Source: Bugula neritina
Lineage: Eukaryota; Animalia; Bryozoa
Assembly: GCA_964035545.1 (NCBI GenBank)
Contig: OZ037771.1
Span: 6,419,190-6,483,189, forward strand
Direction: 5' to 3'
DNA: 64,000 nt
Position 1 is the first letter of the stretch; every line of letters starts with the position of its first letter. Both the position numbers and the translations under genes were made by a program. The notes below the pieces were generated by a model that was given only the letters and a program-made list of their open reading frames with translations, was not told where the DNA came from and ran no database searches. Below are positions 25,916 to 49,500 of the stretch, piece after piece.

Positions 25916-27195
25916 AATACTTATACTATTAGTATTAGGTTTACTAGTAACTATTACTATTACTATTACTGTTGCTATTAGTATTACTATTAGTATTACT
26001 ATTACTAATTTCAATTATATTGTGTTGGATATAATTTTTATATTTTATTTTATGTTAAGTTTAAGGATTTGAATAATAGAATATTAGGCTGAAATTGAAA
26101 TTAAAAGTGAGTACCAGAGCTAAGTCAAGTGCAAGTCACATGGATTTGAGTAATTGCTTACTTGATAAGTAGTCTCAAATAGCCTACTTGTATTTTTTAG
26201 ACTCCTGTCATTTTGATTTGCTCAACTATTATGATTTGCCTTAACTTTGAAACTTTGATTAACTTGCTGTAAAATCTCAAAATACTAATAAAAAAAATAG
26301 AACTCTGCTGTAAATTGAGAAATCTTACCTATAGGTTCTGGTAGATCTTAAAGTTGATGTTTCACATAAGACTGTAGTTTCTTTTATACAATTATACTGT
26401 ATATTTAATAACTATGAAATATTAGTAAGCTCTGTTTTTATTGAAGTTTTAACGATACCTAATTTTGGAAAATTTTTGTTGAGTGGCCTTGAATATGAAG
26501 TATTAACTGAAACTCAACAAAAAAATTTCCTGCTAAGAGAGGCTTTTAATTAGCCTGTTGAATAGAAAGTTTTTATTTATTTTATCATCTGTGAACAAAA
26601 TAGTGAGCACCTAAAACTGAATCATAGAGTTTATGTTGAGGCTGTGCTGTAATAGGAATTTTAATCAATACCTCAATAAAATGATAAGAAAAACTGAACA
26701 TCACCTCCTGAAATAAGCAATGCTGTAAGAGAACAGTCATCAAATGGCTGTATTACTTGATCAGATAAACAATTTTAAACTTTTATCTAGTGTTTATTAT
26801 TATGTAAAATATAAAAAATGGATTTATTTAATTTTATTAGTCAAGAATACTGTATCTAGATTGTAATTAATTTTATTTTTCAAGTTTTTTAAACTTTTTG
26901 CTGTGTAGCTCTAAAATCCTTCATTTTGATTTTTAATAAATTTGGCATTTTCTATGGCTTACAGCTTTTAATTTGCTTCGAACAAGGCTCCTACTTTTAT
27001 TTTTTCTATTGCAATAATTGTTATATCGTTGTAATGTAGTATTATTTGTATATAGTTCTAGTGTTTATTTGTTGAATCACATTAATTGCAATTTGTGTGT
27101 TCTCAAGTCAGGGTCCCACACATGTAATGACAACTCTCACTGGTTGTAATAGCATGTTTTATTGTCAAAATTTATTGGTTATTTATAGCTGAAGT

Positions 27196-36492
<9,297 letters not shown>

Positions 36493-36952
36493 CTAGCCAA
36501 CTTTCTGTCGCCGTCTAACAGACACTTCTGTCTTTTACTCATCACAATATTTGGCCTCATCCTTAGCTGCCTGCTGAAATACTTTCAAGTGGAGAGTATC
36601 ACTGCTTTTATATAAAACCCCTTAACTCTCTTTTCTATATATTGGATGAATTGTGCGCGACCTCTCATAGCTAAATATATTTCACTTGTCTTAGCACGAG
36701 AGAATACTGGTGCTTTCAACGTTTCAGGTCTGGCAATCACCGTTATGGTATTTAAATATTTTTCTTACGTTCTTTATTTGGAGAAAACGCTTTAGCATGC
36801 TCTCTTATGCTATTCCATTTATATTTCATTTCGTTTATTTTTAAAGCTGTTAACAAAAAAATTGATATTTATGTATACCAATAAGTTATGTTAAAACGAA
36901 TAAGTTATGCTTTACTGTCGTATTTATTCAGTGTTGAATGTTTATGTTCTAT

Positions 36953-36958
36953 AATAAA
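36953..36958 (+). promoter_or_regulatory. Candidate LONRF polyadenylation signal
   Basis: AATAAA ~460 nt after the stop, followed by U/GU-rich sequence. Confidence 0.45.
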
Positions 36959-38199
36959 CAGAAATTATATATTTTATTGAGTGTTCTATTTTTCTACTTC
37001 GAATTTATAAATTTCTTATATATATATGTACTCCCTGTTGTACTCTACTACCTTAGCAGTATTAAATTGTAACTGATCAGTTATTGGGTAAGATCCGGCA
37101 GAACCATGCAGCCTGTGAGCATTGACCAGTCCCAATGTAATCTTATAATAGGTATAAATAGCATGAGTATTCATCTCAGAGTAGAAATTCATTGAGCAGA
37201 GGCTAAACCATTTCGCTCTAGCACTTTTTCGCTAAGGCTCACACTGTACCTACCGAGGGAAAACAATTTCAACAAATAAATGTCCCCAAGAGGATATTAT
37301 ACAATGGATTCGAATGTACTTTTAAAATAATTAGCTACACAACTGGTTAAATACATTGTAACAGGATCTGTTATCTAATCTCTTCTATACAAGAATCTCT
37401 GTACTGGTTAAAAGGAAACCAGCCATAAGACGAAAGAAGCAAATTTCAAGTTGTCTCACGTTTAATGACAGACTTTTATTAATTGCCTGCCCTACTAACT
37501 CAATTTAGAACTGTTCCTAGGATGGTTGTTGCTCTTTACCCAGAACAAGTTAATGGGTTGAGTCTTTGGCAAGCAAATCACTAATGTAGAATTTTAAGTT
37601 CGAAATGATGTGTCGATATGTAACTTTGACATTAGGGTCTGTGATTTAGGAAAATAAATCATGGCTTAGTTTAATTACATGGGCAGAAAACTTCTGCTGG
37701 AGAATATTATAGTGTAGCCACTTGTAGAATGAATATTGCATACAAAACTACATAGCAGCCAGAGAAAATGAGAACAATTACTGTTGCAAGTGCTTGATTA
37801 ATGCATAAAATTAAACGCAACACACCATAACCGTATGAACTATGGTATATTTTATTTCAAGTTGGGTATAGGCAACTTGGTTTAAAGATGCGGTGGTACA
37901 ACGTTTCAATTTCTGCTAAATTTACTATCAAAGATTCATATTTTTCTTTGTATCAGAAAACATTTGCCACATATAATGAGAAAGAATTTGCTGGTACTGC
38001 ATCATGCACCTATATATATAACTAATACAGGGAAAGTTTTCCCTAAATACAGGAATAATATTTGTTGAAAGCTCACATGATGAAGTTCAAAATTTATAAT
38101 TGTCACAAAATTTGACTATAGCACAACTTAAGCTGGATCTTAATATTTTATTCCCATCATGATTGCTCAATAAGTTTGACTTACAATATGTAAAAGTTA

Positions 38200-38499
38200 A
38201 TTGCCCCCAACTGAGATACGAATCTTCGCATCTTGTATGTGCCGGCAAAGCTAATCATTGCACCACAGAGACTGTGGAATTTTTAACAACATTTCACCTA
38301 CTTCTCTTTAGAACTGCAATGGCCTCCCCCCCCCCGTACTCTGTCAGTTCATGGGCTCCACGTGCCATTCAACTTCCTAAGGGTGCTCCCCAATATACGA
38401 CCGGCCGAAATAGCTTGTAAAACTTTTGCCCCCCACTGAGATTTGAACCCGAGACCTCTGACTTGCAAGCAGGTGTGCAAACCACTACATCACAGGGGC
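38200..38499 (-). mobile_element. tRNA-derived SINE-like element (tRNA-like head 38427-38499)
   Basis: Minus strand GCCCCTGTGATGTAGTGGTTTGCACACCTGCTTGCAAGTCAGAGGTCTCGGGTTCAAATCTCAGTGGGGGGCA has A and B boxes and an acceptor-like stem but a broken T stem; a second, more degenerate tRNA-like unit lies at ~38201-38275. Confidence 0.55.
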
Positions 38500-40527
38500 T
38501 AAAAGATTTCCACCCTAAGTATTGTTTTGGCTCAACATATTGTTTTTTCTTCAGAAATAAAAGTCAGCAATATAAAAAATATTATGTCTGACAAACTAAA
38601 TTATAACGGTATATCAAGCTTTTGTTGCTAGCTAATGTTTTTTTAGAATTGTCAGCTCTTTGTAGTTTACTTCTATTTGAATAGAGAAATATTTACGGAC
38701 TCGTGAATAAAAGGCGAAATTATAATTTTCAATTTTCCAACTAACCATTGGGTTGTCTCCCTTCCAAAAGATAAGCGGTGATATAATTTCAATTATTGTG
38801 AACTCATTACTACATACTATCAAAGTTTGTGCAGACCTCATTGCGATTTTGCTTTGGTAACAAAACCTGAGAAGAAAAATGAAGAATGCTACCATTATCA
38901 TTATGATAAAGCTTAACCTTGTTCTGTGGCTGTATCATTGTGACCATTATTACCCATGCTACTATTATTATTTTTGCCACGTTTTCTCATAGCTAACCAG
39001 TTTCATTACACTTACAGACTAATTTAGTTTATAATCACTTGATCATGATGGTAGTAATTATGTTGGTTATAACAAAATAATTTAATTATGTCTATTAGTA
39101 TTACTATTAGTATTACTATTACTATTAGTATTACTATTAGTATTACTAATATTAGTATTTCTAATAGTAATACTAATAGTAATAATAAGTAATCTGTAAT
39201 TGTGTTACACTTACTGTTAGTGTTACTGTTGGTGTTAGGTGTTGGAAATTGATTAAAGTTGTGAGCTAATCATAAACAATGAAACATAACGTTCAACTTT
39301 AAGTGACTAACCTTAACTTACAGCTTGTACTGCGACCGGTACTTGTAGTTGTACTTCTACTTGTACTGATATTAATACTTGTACTAATATTCATATTGAT
39401 AACTTAGAGTGATAGTGATACTGATAGTGTGATACTATTACGATTAATGTTAATATTATTCATACTGCTACACTCACTAAATGTGTTGCAGGCACAGTGC
39501 TCATATCCATTAGATTTAATTTTTAGTTATTCATTTTTACTATGAGTATAACTATGTTATTAATATTGTTATTTATTATAATTATCAATTAACTTGGAAT
39601 TGATGATTGTTAAATTTAGTATTTTATATTTGTTGTAACTATATAATAGAAATTATCATTACGCTTGCAATGGGATTAATGATAGTATAAATATTAATTG
39701 AATGTCAGTCATAAATTGTACTGATAATATCAATCTAGGGTATTCAGTTTGAATTTATTATTAAATGGTCTATTATGTTGAAATTAGAAATTATGCCATT
39801 TAGTTCTATATGCATTGTTATTATCCACAATTTATTTTTAATATAGCATGTTATCGTAATAGTAATTGTTAATTATGATAATGAAGTAGGGCTGGCCCTT
39901 TGTAATTTATAAATACAGTTGAATTTAAAAATAGTAAGGCCCATTTAACACTTTAGATTTGTACTAGTATTGTGTCAGAATTGTATAATTTGATTCTCAA
40001 CCAAGAGATGGTAGGTTTTAGAGTATAGCTGTGTCATTTCTGGCATAAACCCTTGAGCATGCTTTGCACCCTGAAGAGTATAAAATAGGACCTAAAATAA
40101 AAGAGGCCCGTGTATATAATCAGCATGCATGTATGGTGTCCACCTCTGCCTTTTTATGTGGGAATTTTTTTTATTCTGAATGTCTTATAAAATCTTTGTC
40201 AAGAGGTTTTGGGACTAATTAAAACTAAAATTACGATCAATATACTCCTATATATTATCAAATGTTGCATACACATCTTCTGAAAGTATTATTTTTGGTT
40301 ATTTCAGTACGAGAAAATTTTGTTCCTTTTCTCCTGCAACTACTTGACAGATTTCAAAGCTTCAAATATTACTGCCTTAAATGACCTCATTCTAATAATA
40401 TTTTGTGTAAAATCATGCCTCTCTGTTGTTCAATTTAAAACGACAGGACAGATATATTTAATTCTCTATTACTTGAAATTATCTACTTCATGCTTCCAAT
40501 TTACTGCGGATCTTTTACAGGTAATTT

Positions 40528-43500
40528 ATGGCATTGAAACCGGTATTACGATATAAAATAGATGAGCTTTTTATGAAATGGATTACAGACAAGGCTGTCC
40601 AAAACTCACTCAACTCCAGTTTGGCTCAAATATTGAAAGGAGAAATTGTCACTTACGCTACTCCACAGGTGCGTTTTTGGTAAAGCTACTTCATGCGCAG
40701 ACAAGAGCAAATCTACACGTTCAGAGTTTATCTTATACTACTCCTAAAACTTCGAAATGCACCAGGCTAAGATATGCTCTGACTCTATCTGTCCTAAATG
40801 TCTAAATACGGTGGTAAAAATAGATAGAATAAATGTATATTTGAAATATACTTTGAGTAGGGGGCAGCCGTGAGGTTAGAGCATTTGCTTAGTAAACACG
40901 AAGTCATGGGTTCGAACCCCGACAAAGGCCATTGGTGATGTTAGAAAAAGCATCCAGTCATAATTGCTCTTGTGTCCCATCTGAATAAGTCCTTAGCCCG
41001 ATTTAACAATAAACCCTTCCCGTCAGGGGTTTTCTCGCAAAGATGGTGACTACAAACTTGAGTGAGTTTAATATATACTTTGAGTAGCCCTAAACTGCTC
41101 CTCCTTCAAGTAGTCTGCCATACTTGTAGGCCAGTGAATCTGCTTCCTTAGCCAATAGGAGGACACAGTCTCCTGGTAAAGCTATTTCTGCCAACCGCCC
41201 AGCTTCCCCGAGCACTCCACCATGTTCTCCACCTCCTTCCAAAGTTACTGCTAGCCCTAGATCTCCCCGCAGTCGCCATCGCAAGAGTATAGCCAAAGTA
41301 AGTTCTCTTACTAAGTCATGGCTACAATATTCTGTTTCATTTTCTTACTATTTTAGCTTTTGGATAGTCATTTCCTGAGAAGATGACTTCTGCTAAAGGT
41401 TTTGTGACCTCATGTAGTAGCTGTGTTATATTCATGCACTATATTTTGTTGTCAAAATTATGTTCTCTTTCTAGCACAAAATTTCTTTAATTTGAAGTTA
41501 TCTTCTTTTGCATAAGATCATTTGTAAATTACAGCTGTGCTAATTTTGTGGTTGGTGGAAATTTGTAGATGTTGAAAAAACTTTCCTGAGCTGAATATTT
41601 AGTCATTAAAATTGAATTTATTTGAATAAAAGTAATGCAGGTGATGTTTTACTAACAATGATAAGGTGACCACACTTGTATATAGATATCAGAAATGTAT
41701 ATTTGAGAATAATATTCTAAGATTTCAATATCAGATGAACCTTTAAAATATCATTCGTTTTCACTAAAAAAAATATTTTCAGTTTACACACTGCTTCTTA
41801 GCACTCGTAACATGCGCCGTTTGGGATCGTCAAAATGGGACATAAATGACAAGAAGTCCAATATCAGTTCTTATATGCGAGGATTTCTAACGGTGTGATA
41901 AAATCCTAGTTACATGTGATGAACTAGAACTGGTAGCTGAAGTGTACACAGATACTACAGGAAGCACATGCCTACCACATTGCATGCATAGGATACACTC
42001 GCTATTTGTGTCACATTTCTAAACTATAATGAACTTTAATCAGCAAAATTGGCATTCTAAAACTTAGCCAGTCACATTGTGACATCTTCTTGCTCACCCT
42101 TTGAAGGGTGATAAAACTGGTAAATTTTTATCTTTATTATATTGAAAATCATAATTTTTTCAACATTCACACTCATTTATAAGTTATTTTCCCTCTTTGT
42201 GGTGTGTAGTGTAGGGAGATAGTGTGTAGGAAGATAGTGTATAGTGTAGGGAGATAGTGTATAGTGTAGGGAGGTAGTGTGTAGTGTAGGGAGATAGTGT
42301 ATAGTGTAGGGAGGTAGTGTATAGTGTAGGGAGACAGTGTCTAGTATAGGGAGATAGTGTATAGTGTAGGGAGATAGTATGTAGTATAGGGAGATAGTGT
42401 GTAGTGTAGGGAGATAGTGTGTAGTGTAGGGAGGTAGTATATAGTGTAGGGAGATAGTGTGTAGTGTAGGGAGATAGTGTATAGTGTAGGGAGGTAGTGT
42501 GTAGTGTAGGGAGGTAGTATGTAGTGTAGGGAGGTAGTATATAGTGTAGGGAGATAGTGTGTAGTGTAGAGAGGTAGTGTGTAGTGTAGGGAGGTAGTGT
42601 ATAGTGTAGGGAGATAGTATGTAGTGTAGAGAGGTAGTGTGTAGTGTAGGGAGGTAGTGTGTAGTGTAGGGAGATAGTGTATAGTGTAGGGAGGTAGTGT
42701 GTAGTGTAGGGAGATAGTGTATAGTGTAGGGAGATAGTGTAGAGAGGTAGTGTGTAGTGTAGGGAGATAGTGTATAGTGTAGGGAGATGGTGTGTAGTGT
42801 AGGGAGGTAATACATAGGATTTATAAGCACATGTGATGACCGATGCACGTACCCCTGTATCTACTACACTATAATATTATAAGCTATCATTGCAGACATT
42901 GCAGTGAGATTCCTTGTAAATAGTCTAAAGTTGCATACTACACTAATTAGCAGTGTTAATTATCTCAATGCTTCTATGAACTACATTACTGGATGCTTGT
43001 AATGAATATTACATCAATTCATATTGCAACTGCTGGGGTAGATCACCACTTACATACGGTTACTGCTCGCGATGGCTCTGGTGCTGTGAAAAGCCGCTTT
43101 CTTCTAGTCATGGAGATTATTAGCCCAAGCAACAATATTTGCTTAGAGTCAAGGTCAAAGACTGTGTTCTGGAGGAAACAGCACTCTGATACGGGGGCGG
43201 ACGTCAGCCTCCGCAGTATCACCCCTCATATAGTCAGATCTCGGCTACTTCTCTTTGGGAACGTGTTGGTGGACCAGAAACGTGCTCGTGCTATACACAA
43301 CATACGCAGCAGGTGTACGATACACCGTGCCACTGAGCTGGACTCTAAACCCAGTCACTGCGGTTCTATTCACTTTGGTTTCTGTAAGGTTCTTAGAGAA
43401 CAGCATGAAAAGCTAGACGTGAAATCTCATGTTGAAAAGTTTGAAAATGTTTCTCCGTGTAATTCGGATAAAAAAAGGACACAGGTATGTATTCCGATAA

Positions 43501-46500
43501 TTACAAGACTGCCGTCTAAAGAGAGATTGCTGTCGCCGACATCACCAACATCTCCAGTTGCACCCTTTACCTGCAGGGAAGAGGTAAATTAACTATTTGT
43601 CACCAGGGAGCTCTTGCAGCATTTACATACATTGGTGTTGTAGGACAGGCATTTCAGGCAAGTTTTCTGTAGGAATTGTTGAATTTAAAAACGTTTGGCA
43701 GCTTCGAACAGGGTTGTAGGCCAAGTTTCACTCTTATTCTGCTGGGCTTCATGACAAGTTATATAAACTAGCTGCAGTATGTTAAACTAGGACTTAGTTA
43801 TGGTTTTGTTAGGAATGGAATCATGCTGAAAAAGCAGTGTGCCGTGCAAATTATTCGCTACTTTTAATTTCTGGTAATGGTTATGGTAATGGTTATAGAA
43901 TGTAGCCCTAATTTTAGTAAACCTGCTGTTAAAGCCCTAGGACCATGTAAGTATTGTAACACCTAACTCTATGAACATCATTTTAAGTGGCTATATCATG
44001 AAGGCAATCATGAAGTTGCTGAGGCTATTTAGAACATTACAGACACAGCACTACTCCACACCCTGGTTTGATTAGTGTGCAGAGTAAATGAAGTGTTAGT
44101 CTGATTCCAACTTCCTAGAGTTTAAAAGAACTAAGATGATTAATTTTCCTAAAGTTTTATATATAAATAAAGCGTTACTAATTTTTTATATATTAGGAAG
44201 AAATAATTCTATTTATGCTACCTCCACGAAGTAAAAAGGAATATGTTTGTATGCTTATACACACTTGTTTGCTGTCAAGTCAGCACACACTTCTACTCTT
44301 CCTACAGAAAGACAAAGCTGCCGTCTCAGTCTCGCAGTCACTGGTATGTGACGACGCCGAAGCTTCCGTCAAGATTCCCCCGTTCTACTTCCCCCTAGGC
44401 CGGCCACCTCTCAGTTCTGGTGAAGTTGACATTAGTCTCAAGCTGGCCAGAGAATATCTGCAGAAATCTCCCAAAGCTCAGCTTAAACAAGAAGACATGC
44501 ATGGTTTTTGTAAGGTAGAGCTGTGTATTTCACCTATTGGCTGCATAGGATACTTATAAGTACAGCATTCTGGTTAAAAGTAAATGTTTTTACTGATGTA
44601 TTAATTGTTAAAAAGTTTGCATTATTTCTTCTTAAATAGCACCAGGTTTAGCTAAAGAGATTATGATCATCTGCTAATGTGGATGCTTACTAGCATACTG
44701 TTTGTAGTTGTCTTCTATATATAAACTCCTTGCTCCAGTAGTATAAAATGTGAGTTTATGTAATTTGAGAAAATTTAGTTTATTGAAAGCTTTTATAAAA
44801 TATCCGCTAATCTGTTGAACTGAAAAAAAGTTTCAATGAGCACTAAATGAGAAAATACTATACCTGGGAGGACAACTTCTGTAAAATTGGTTTAAAAAGG
44901 AATAAACTCAACTGGCACAGTTGAGATTTTGCATTGAAATTTATTGTTTTTTTTACAAATTTGCTACCTGGATTGAGCTATGTGGAGTAAAAATGTTTGT
45001 ATAGTGAAAAATGTTTTAATTGAACAGCAATTTTACCAAATTAGAGAGTCTGTAATAAAAATTAATTTCATCTATACTAGTGGAAAGATTTTTTAAGTGT
45101 ATAAATTAGCTCTAAGAATATTTGGTAGTAGGGGAGGTAACTTCTGTTAGACAACCAACTCGCACCAAACTCTAAGAAAGTTAGACTCGGACTATATGCA
45201 GTGACAATTAATTTGTCTTAGCATATTAAACAATATTATTAAACAACATTAAACAATATTAAACATAATACATAATTAATATTCATGTATTTATGCACAC
45301 AGTGTCACTGGAACTTTCCTTTCCCATTTACCATGCTGACGGTTGCTGAAACTCCACTCTACTTTTCCATTGTAGGCTCTAGGATTACCCAAGTACTGGG
45401 CTATACTTCTATACAACGCTGCCAGCGCTCCTTCCCTAGGCTATTTCAGTGTACAGAACTTCATAAACCTATGGCAAAGGTAACAACTCATTATATATTA
45501 CTATATAAGCAGTAATCCGAAATGACAGATCTATGCTAACTAACCTGTTGCTGTATTTCTATATTGTATTAAGTTTCATGGTTTGAAGTTTGGGTTAGCC
45601 ATTGTGGTTTTGGAAGGGATCACCAACTAGCCTGCTTGTAGAGATTGCCATTAGTCCTGTAGTTTAAGATTATTTAGTATATTTTCTCTCTGAGCGATAT
45701 TTTATACTCTTCTCTTTACAGTGTTGTTAGAACAGCATTTACAGCAGTCCAAGTGTTTGAACAAGGGGAGGGGGGGGGGTGTAATTTTTACTAGTTTTTA
45801 GTTTTATTTTTACTACCAAAGGTTGACTGATATTATGCTGGTAACAATATTGCAAGGGGCAAAGGTAATTAGATAAACAACAGCAATATAGCCTAGTATA
45901 GTTTCCACACACATGTATTTACATGCATATATAGTTCTCGTAATGTACTTACTATTAGCTCTACTACCCAGTGTAATAAATTGTAGATTATGCCATCCAA
46001 TGAAACAATAATTACACTTCTTTTGCTCTTTCACTGAGTGTATTTTATTACATTTTTATAGGTATTGTCTTGAATAGAATACTATAATGGTCATAATCTT
46101 TCTAGAATATTACATTGTTAACAATATATTACTGTATTACAACTGCGTTGATATATACTCAGTTGGCTATAATTAGGTAGTTCACTTTCCACTATTGGGC
46201 TGTTCCCCACAACCAAGGAATGTATTTTTAGATTCTGTTATGGGTGTATGTGTTTTTTAGTTATTTAGTAATTTGTATTACAACTGCACTGCATTTCGAT
46301 GATGGTTCTGCAATATGTTGAGAAATATTGGCAGCATTAAAACTATTTTTAGTGAACTGATATAATTGTATGATTTTGTAACCACTAGTTAGTTTACTTC
46401 ATTAACTCATAGTTGATAGTTTATACAATAACGGCTGGGTTTGAGGCAGTCATGTTTGTATTTATTGCTTTGAATATAAGTTTACTGCAGAAGACACTTT

Positions 46501-49500
46501 CACTACTCTGTAGTCTCACTCATTACTCTGTAGTCTCACTCACTACTCTGTAGTCTCACTCACTACTCTGTAATTTTACTCACTACTCTGTAGTATCACT
46601 CACTACTCTGTAGTCTCACTCACTACTCTGTAGTCTCACTCACTACTCTGTAGTCTCACTCACTACTCTGTAGTCTCACTCACTACTCTGTAGTCTCACT
46701 CACTACTCTGTAGTCTCACTCACTACTCTGTAATTTTACTCACTACTCTGTAGTATCACTCACTACTCTGTAGTCTCACTCACTACTCTGTAGTCTCACT
46801 CACTACTCTGTAGTCTCACTCACTACTCTGTAGTCTCACTCACTACTCTGTAATTTCACTCACTACTCTGTAGTCTCACTCACTACTCTGTAGTCTCGCT
46901 CACTACTCTGTAGTCTCACTCACTACTCTGTAATTTCACTCACTACTCTGTAGTCTCACTCACTACTCTGTAGTCTCACTCATTACTCTGTAGTCTCGCT
47001 CACTACTCTGTAGTCTCACTCACTGCTCTGTAGTCTCACTCACTACTCTGTAGTCTCGCTCACTACTCTGTAGTCTCACTCACTACTCTGTATTCTCACT
47101 CACTACTCTGTAATTTCACTCACTACTCTGTAGTCTCACTCACTACTCTGTAGTCTCGCTCACTACTCTGTAGTCTCACTCACTACTCTGTAGTCTCACT
47201 CACTACTCTGTAGTCTCACTCACTACTCTGTAGTCTCACTCACTACTCTGTAGTCTCACTCACTACTCTGTAGTCTCACTCACTACTCTGTAGTCTCACT
47301 CACTACTCTGTAGTCTCACTCACTACTCTGTAGTCTCACTCACTACTCTGTAATTTTACTCACTACTCTGTAGTATCACTCACTACTCTGTAGTCTCACT
47401 CACTACTCTGTAGTCTCACTCACTACTCTGTAGTCTCACTCACTACTCTGTAGTCTCACTCACTACTCTGTAATTTCACTCACTACTCTGTAGTCTCACT
47501 CACTACTCTGTAGTCTCACTCACTACTCTGTAGTCTCGCTCACTACTCTGTAGTCTCACTCACTACTCTGTAGTCTCACTCACTACCCTGTAGTCTCACT
47601 CACTACTCTGTAGTATCACTAACTACTCTATAGTCTCACTCACTGCTCTGTAGTCTCACTCACTACTCTGTAGTCTCATTCACTACTCTGTAGTCTCACT
47701 AAGTACTCTGTAGTATTACTCACTACTCTGTAGTCTCACTAACTACTCTGTAGTCTCACTAACTACTCTGTAGTCTCATTCACTACTCTGTAGTATCACT
47801 AACTACTCTATAGTCTCACTCATTACTCTGTAGTCTCACTCAGTACTCTGTAGTCTCATTCACTACTCTGTAGTCTCACTAAGTACTCTGTAGTATCACT
47901 CAGTACTTTGTAGTCTCACTCACTACTCTGTAGTCTCACTCAGTACTTTGTAGTCTCACTCACTACTCTGTAGTCTCACTCACTACTCTGTAGTTTTACT
48001 CACCACTCTGTAGTCTCACTACTACTATTACTCTGTAGTTTTATGCAAAATCATAATTTTTGAGACTATCCATCTTCAAATTTGGCTGTATCAGTAGCTC
48101 CCGTGTAATTTAACAGAGGATTAGTATTTCCAATGTTTTACATATATGTCCATTCTCTGTGTGATAATCGTAAATATTTAGCTTTTCATGTAAACAAAAT
48201 GTGCTGTAAAAGTACTTATATTCACAGCATCACAGCCGTCTGCCATGACGATGCATCCAGGTTTATGAGATTATTAGCCAAACCTTGCAAGAACTGGCTG
48301 GAACCTGAAGATTTTGTTCCTTTGATACAGGTGAGCACATTAGTATAATATGCTTATTGTAATATATGTGATGCAGGTAAGCACATTAGTATAATATTTT
48401 GCCATCGTTATAGACCTTTTTCAAATACTCTTATTACCTCAATGTTACTTCAAAGTTGCATTATCTTGATGTTTTATAAACTTCTTAGTGTTTGCCTGTT
48501 CATGCACAATCTGAACATTGCTCATCTATAATGTAACTATGCAGGTAGAAGCACACACATAGGTGTTCCAATAATTTTGTAAAATATTTTTTATAATAAG
48601 TTCTGGGAAAATCGAATTTGAATATATATTTGGGGCTATTTGTTGATTATACTACTGTGAATTAACCAGCTCTGGCTGCAAAGCATTTATATAATAAACA
48701 ACAGAAAGCTTATAAAATGCGGTCAAGTTTTCTTTCACAATTTACTATAAATTTCATTTTACAAAATGTATTGAAGTAATATTTTGTGTGGTACTGCTTA
48801 AATATTTCCCAGTAGTGAAATTTAATTGTGTAATTTTGACTTTGCATAAACAGCTAAACTCTGAAACTGTATGAGGTAGCAATGAGTAAGGAAAAGTTTG
48901 TACCACTATGGTGGACACAACTCCTAATCAGAACTGGAGTGGTAGAGATATATGACAGAGATTTAGTGCAGTATAGCGACAGTTAGACTGCATTATTATA
49001 GTATCACACCATTACTATGAAACTTAATATATTTTTACGAAAGCTTCATAACTTTCTGCCCCTAGTTGATGGGAAACTCAGCTGGCTGTAAATCAGATTT
49101 TCTATTGATTTTGATTTCAAGGCATTTTGTAGTGAAAGTTGTGTTGCTGGTTTGTATTCACAGGATGTAGTGAACTCCCACCCTGGCTTGCAGTTTCTCC
49201 AGGATGCGGTAGATTTTCACTCCAGGTATATACATTGTGTAAGTTATAATATATCTATATATATACATATACTCTAAGTATATACATTGTGTAAGCTATA
49301 ATATATACATACATATACTCTAAGTGTATACATTGTGTAAGTAATAATATATACATATACTCTAAGCATATACATTGTGTAAGTAATAAAGTTGTCATTT
49401 AATCAGTGCTCATCATAAACATGCATACATGTGTGTAATAATACTATCACTTCCTTTTCATGCTTCAAACTTTGAGATTGAAATACTTTTCAAAACATGT

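Noticed and set aside
38427-38499. Functional tRNA (Ala-like) gene
   Set aside because: T and anticodon stems are mispaired; better explained as a SINE head.
42177-42848. 223-aa His/Thr/Tyr-rich ORF (similarly 35967-36455, 8102-8553, 9923-10147, 14461-14673, 15141-15389)
   Set aside because: Products of minisatellites lacking stops in one frame.
46497-48038. Regular 20-bp array as a CRISPR locus
   Set aside because: Contiguous monomers with no unique spacers, no cas genes, eukaryotic intron context.
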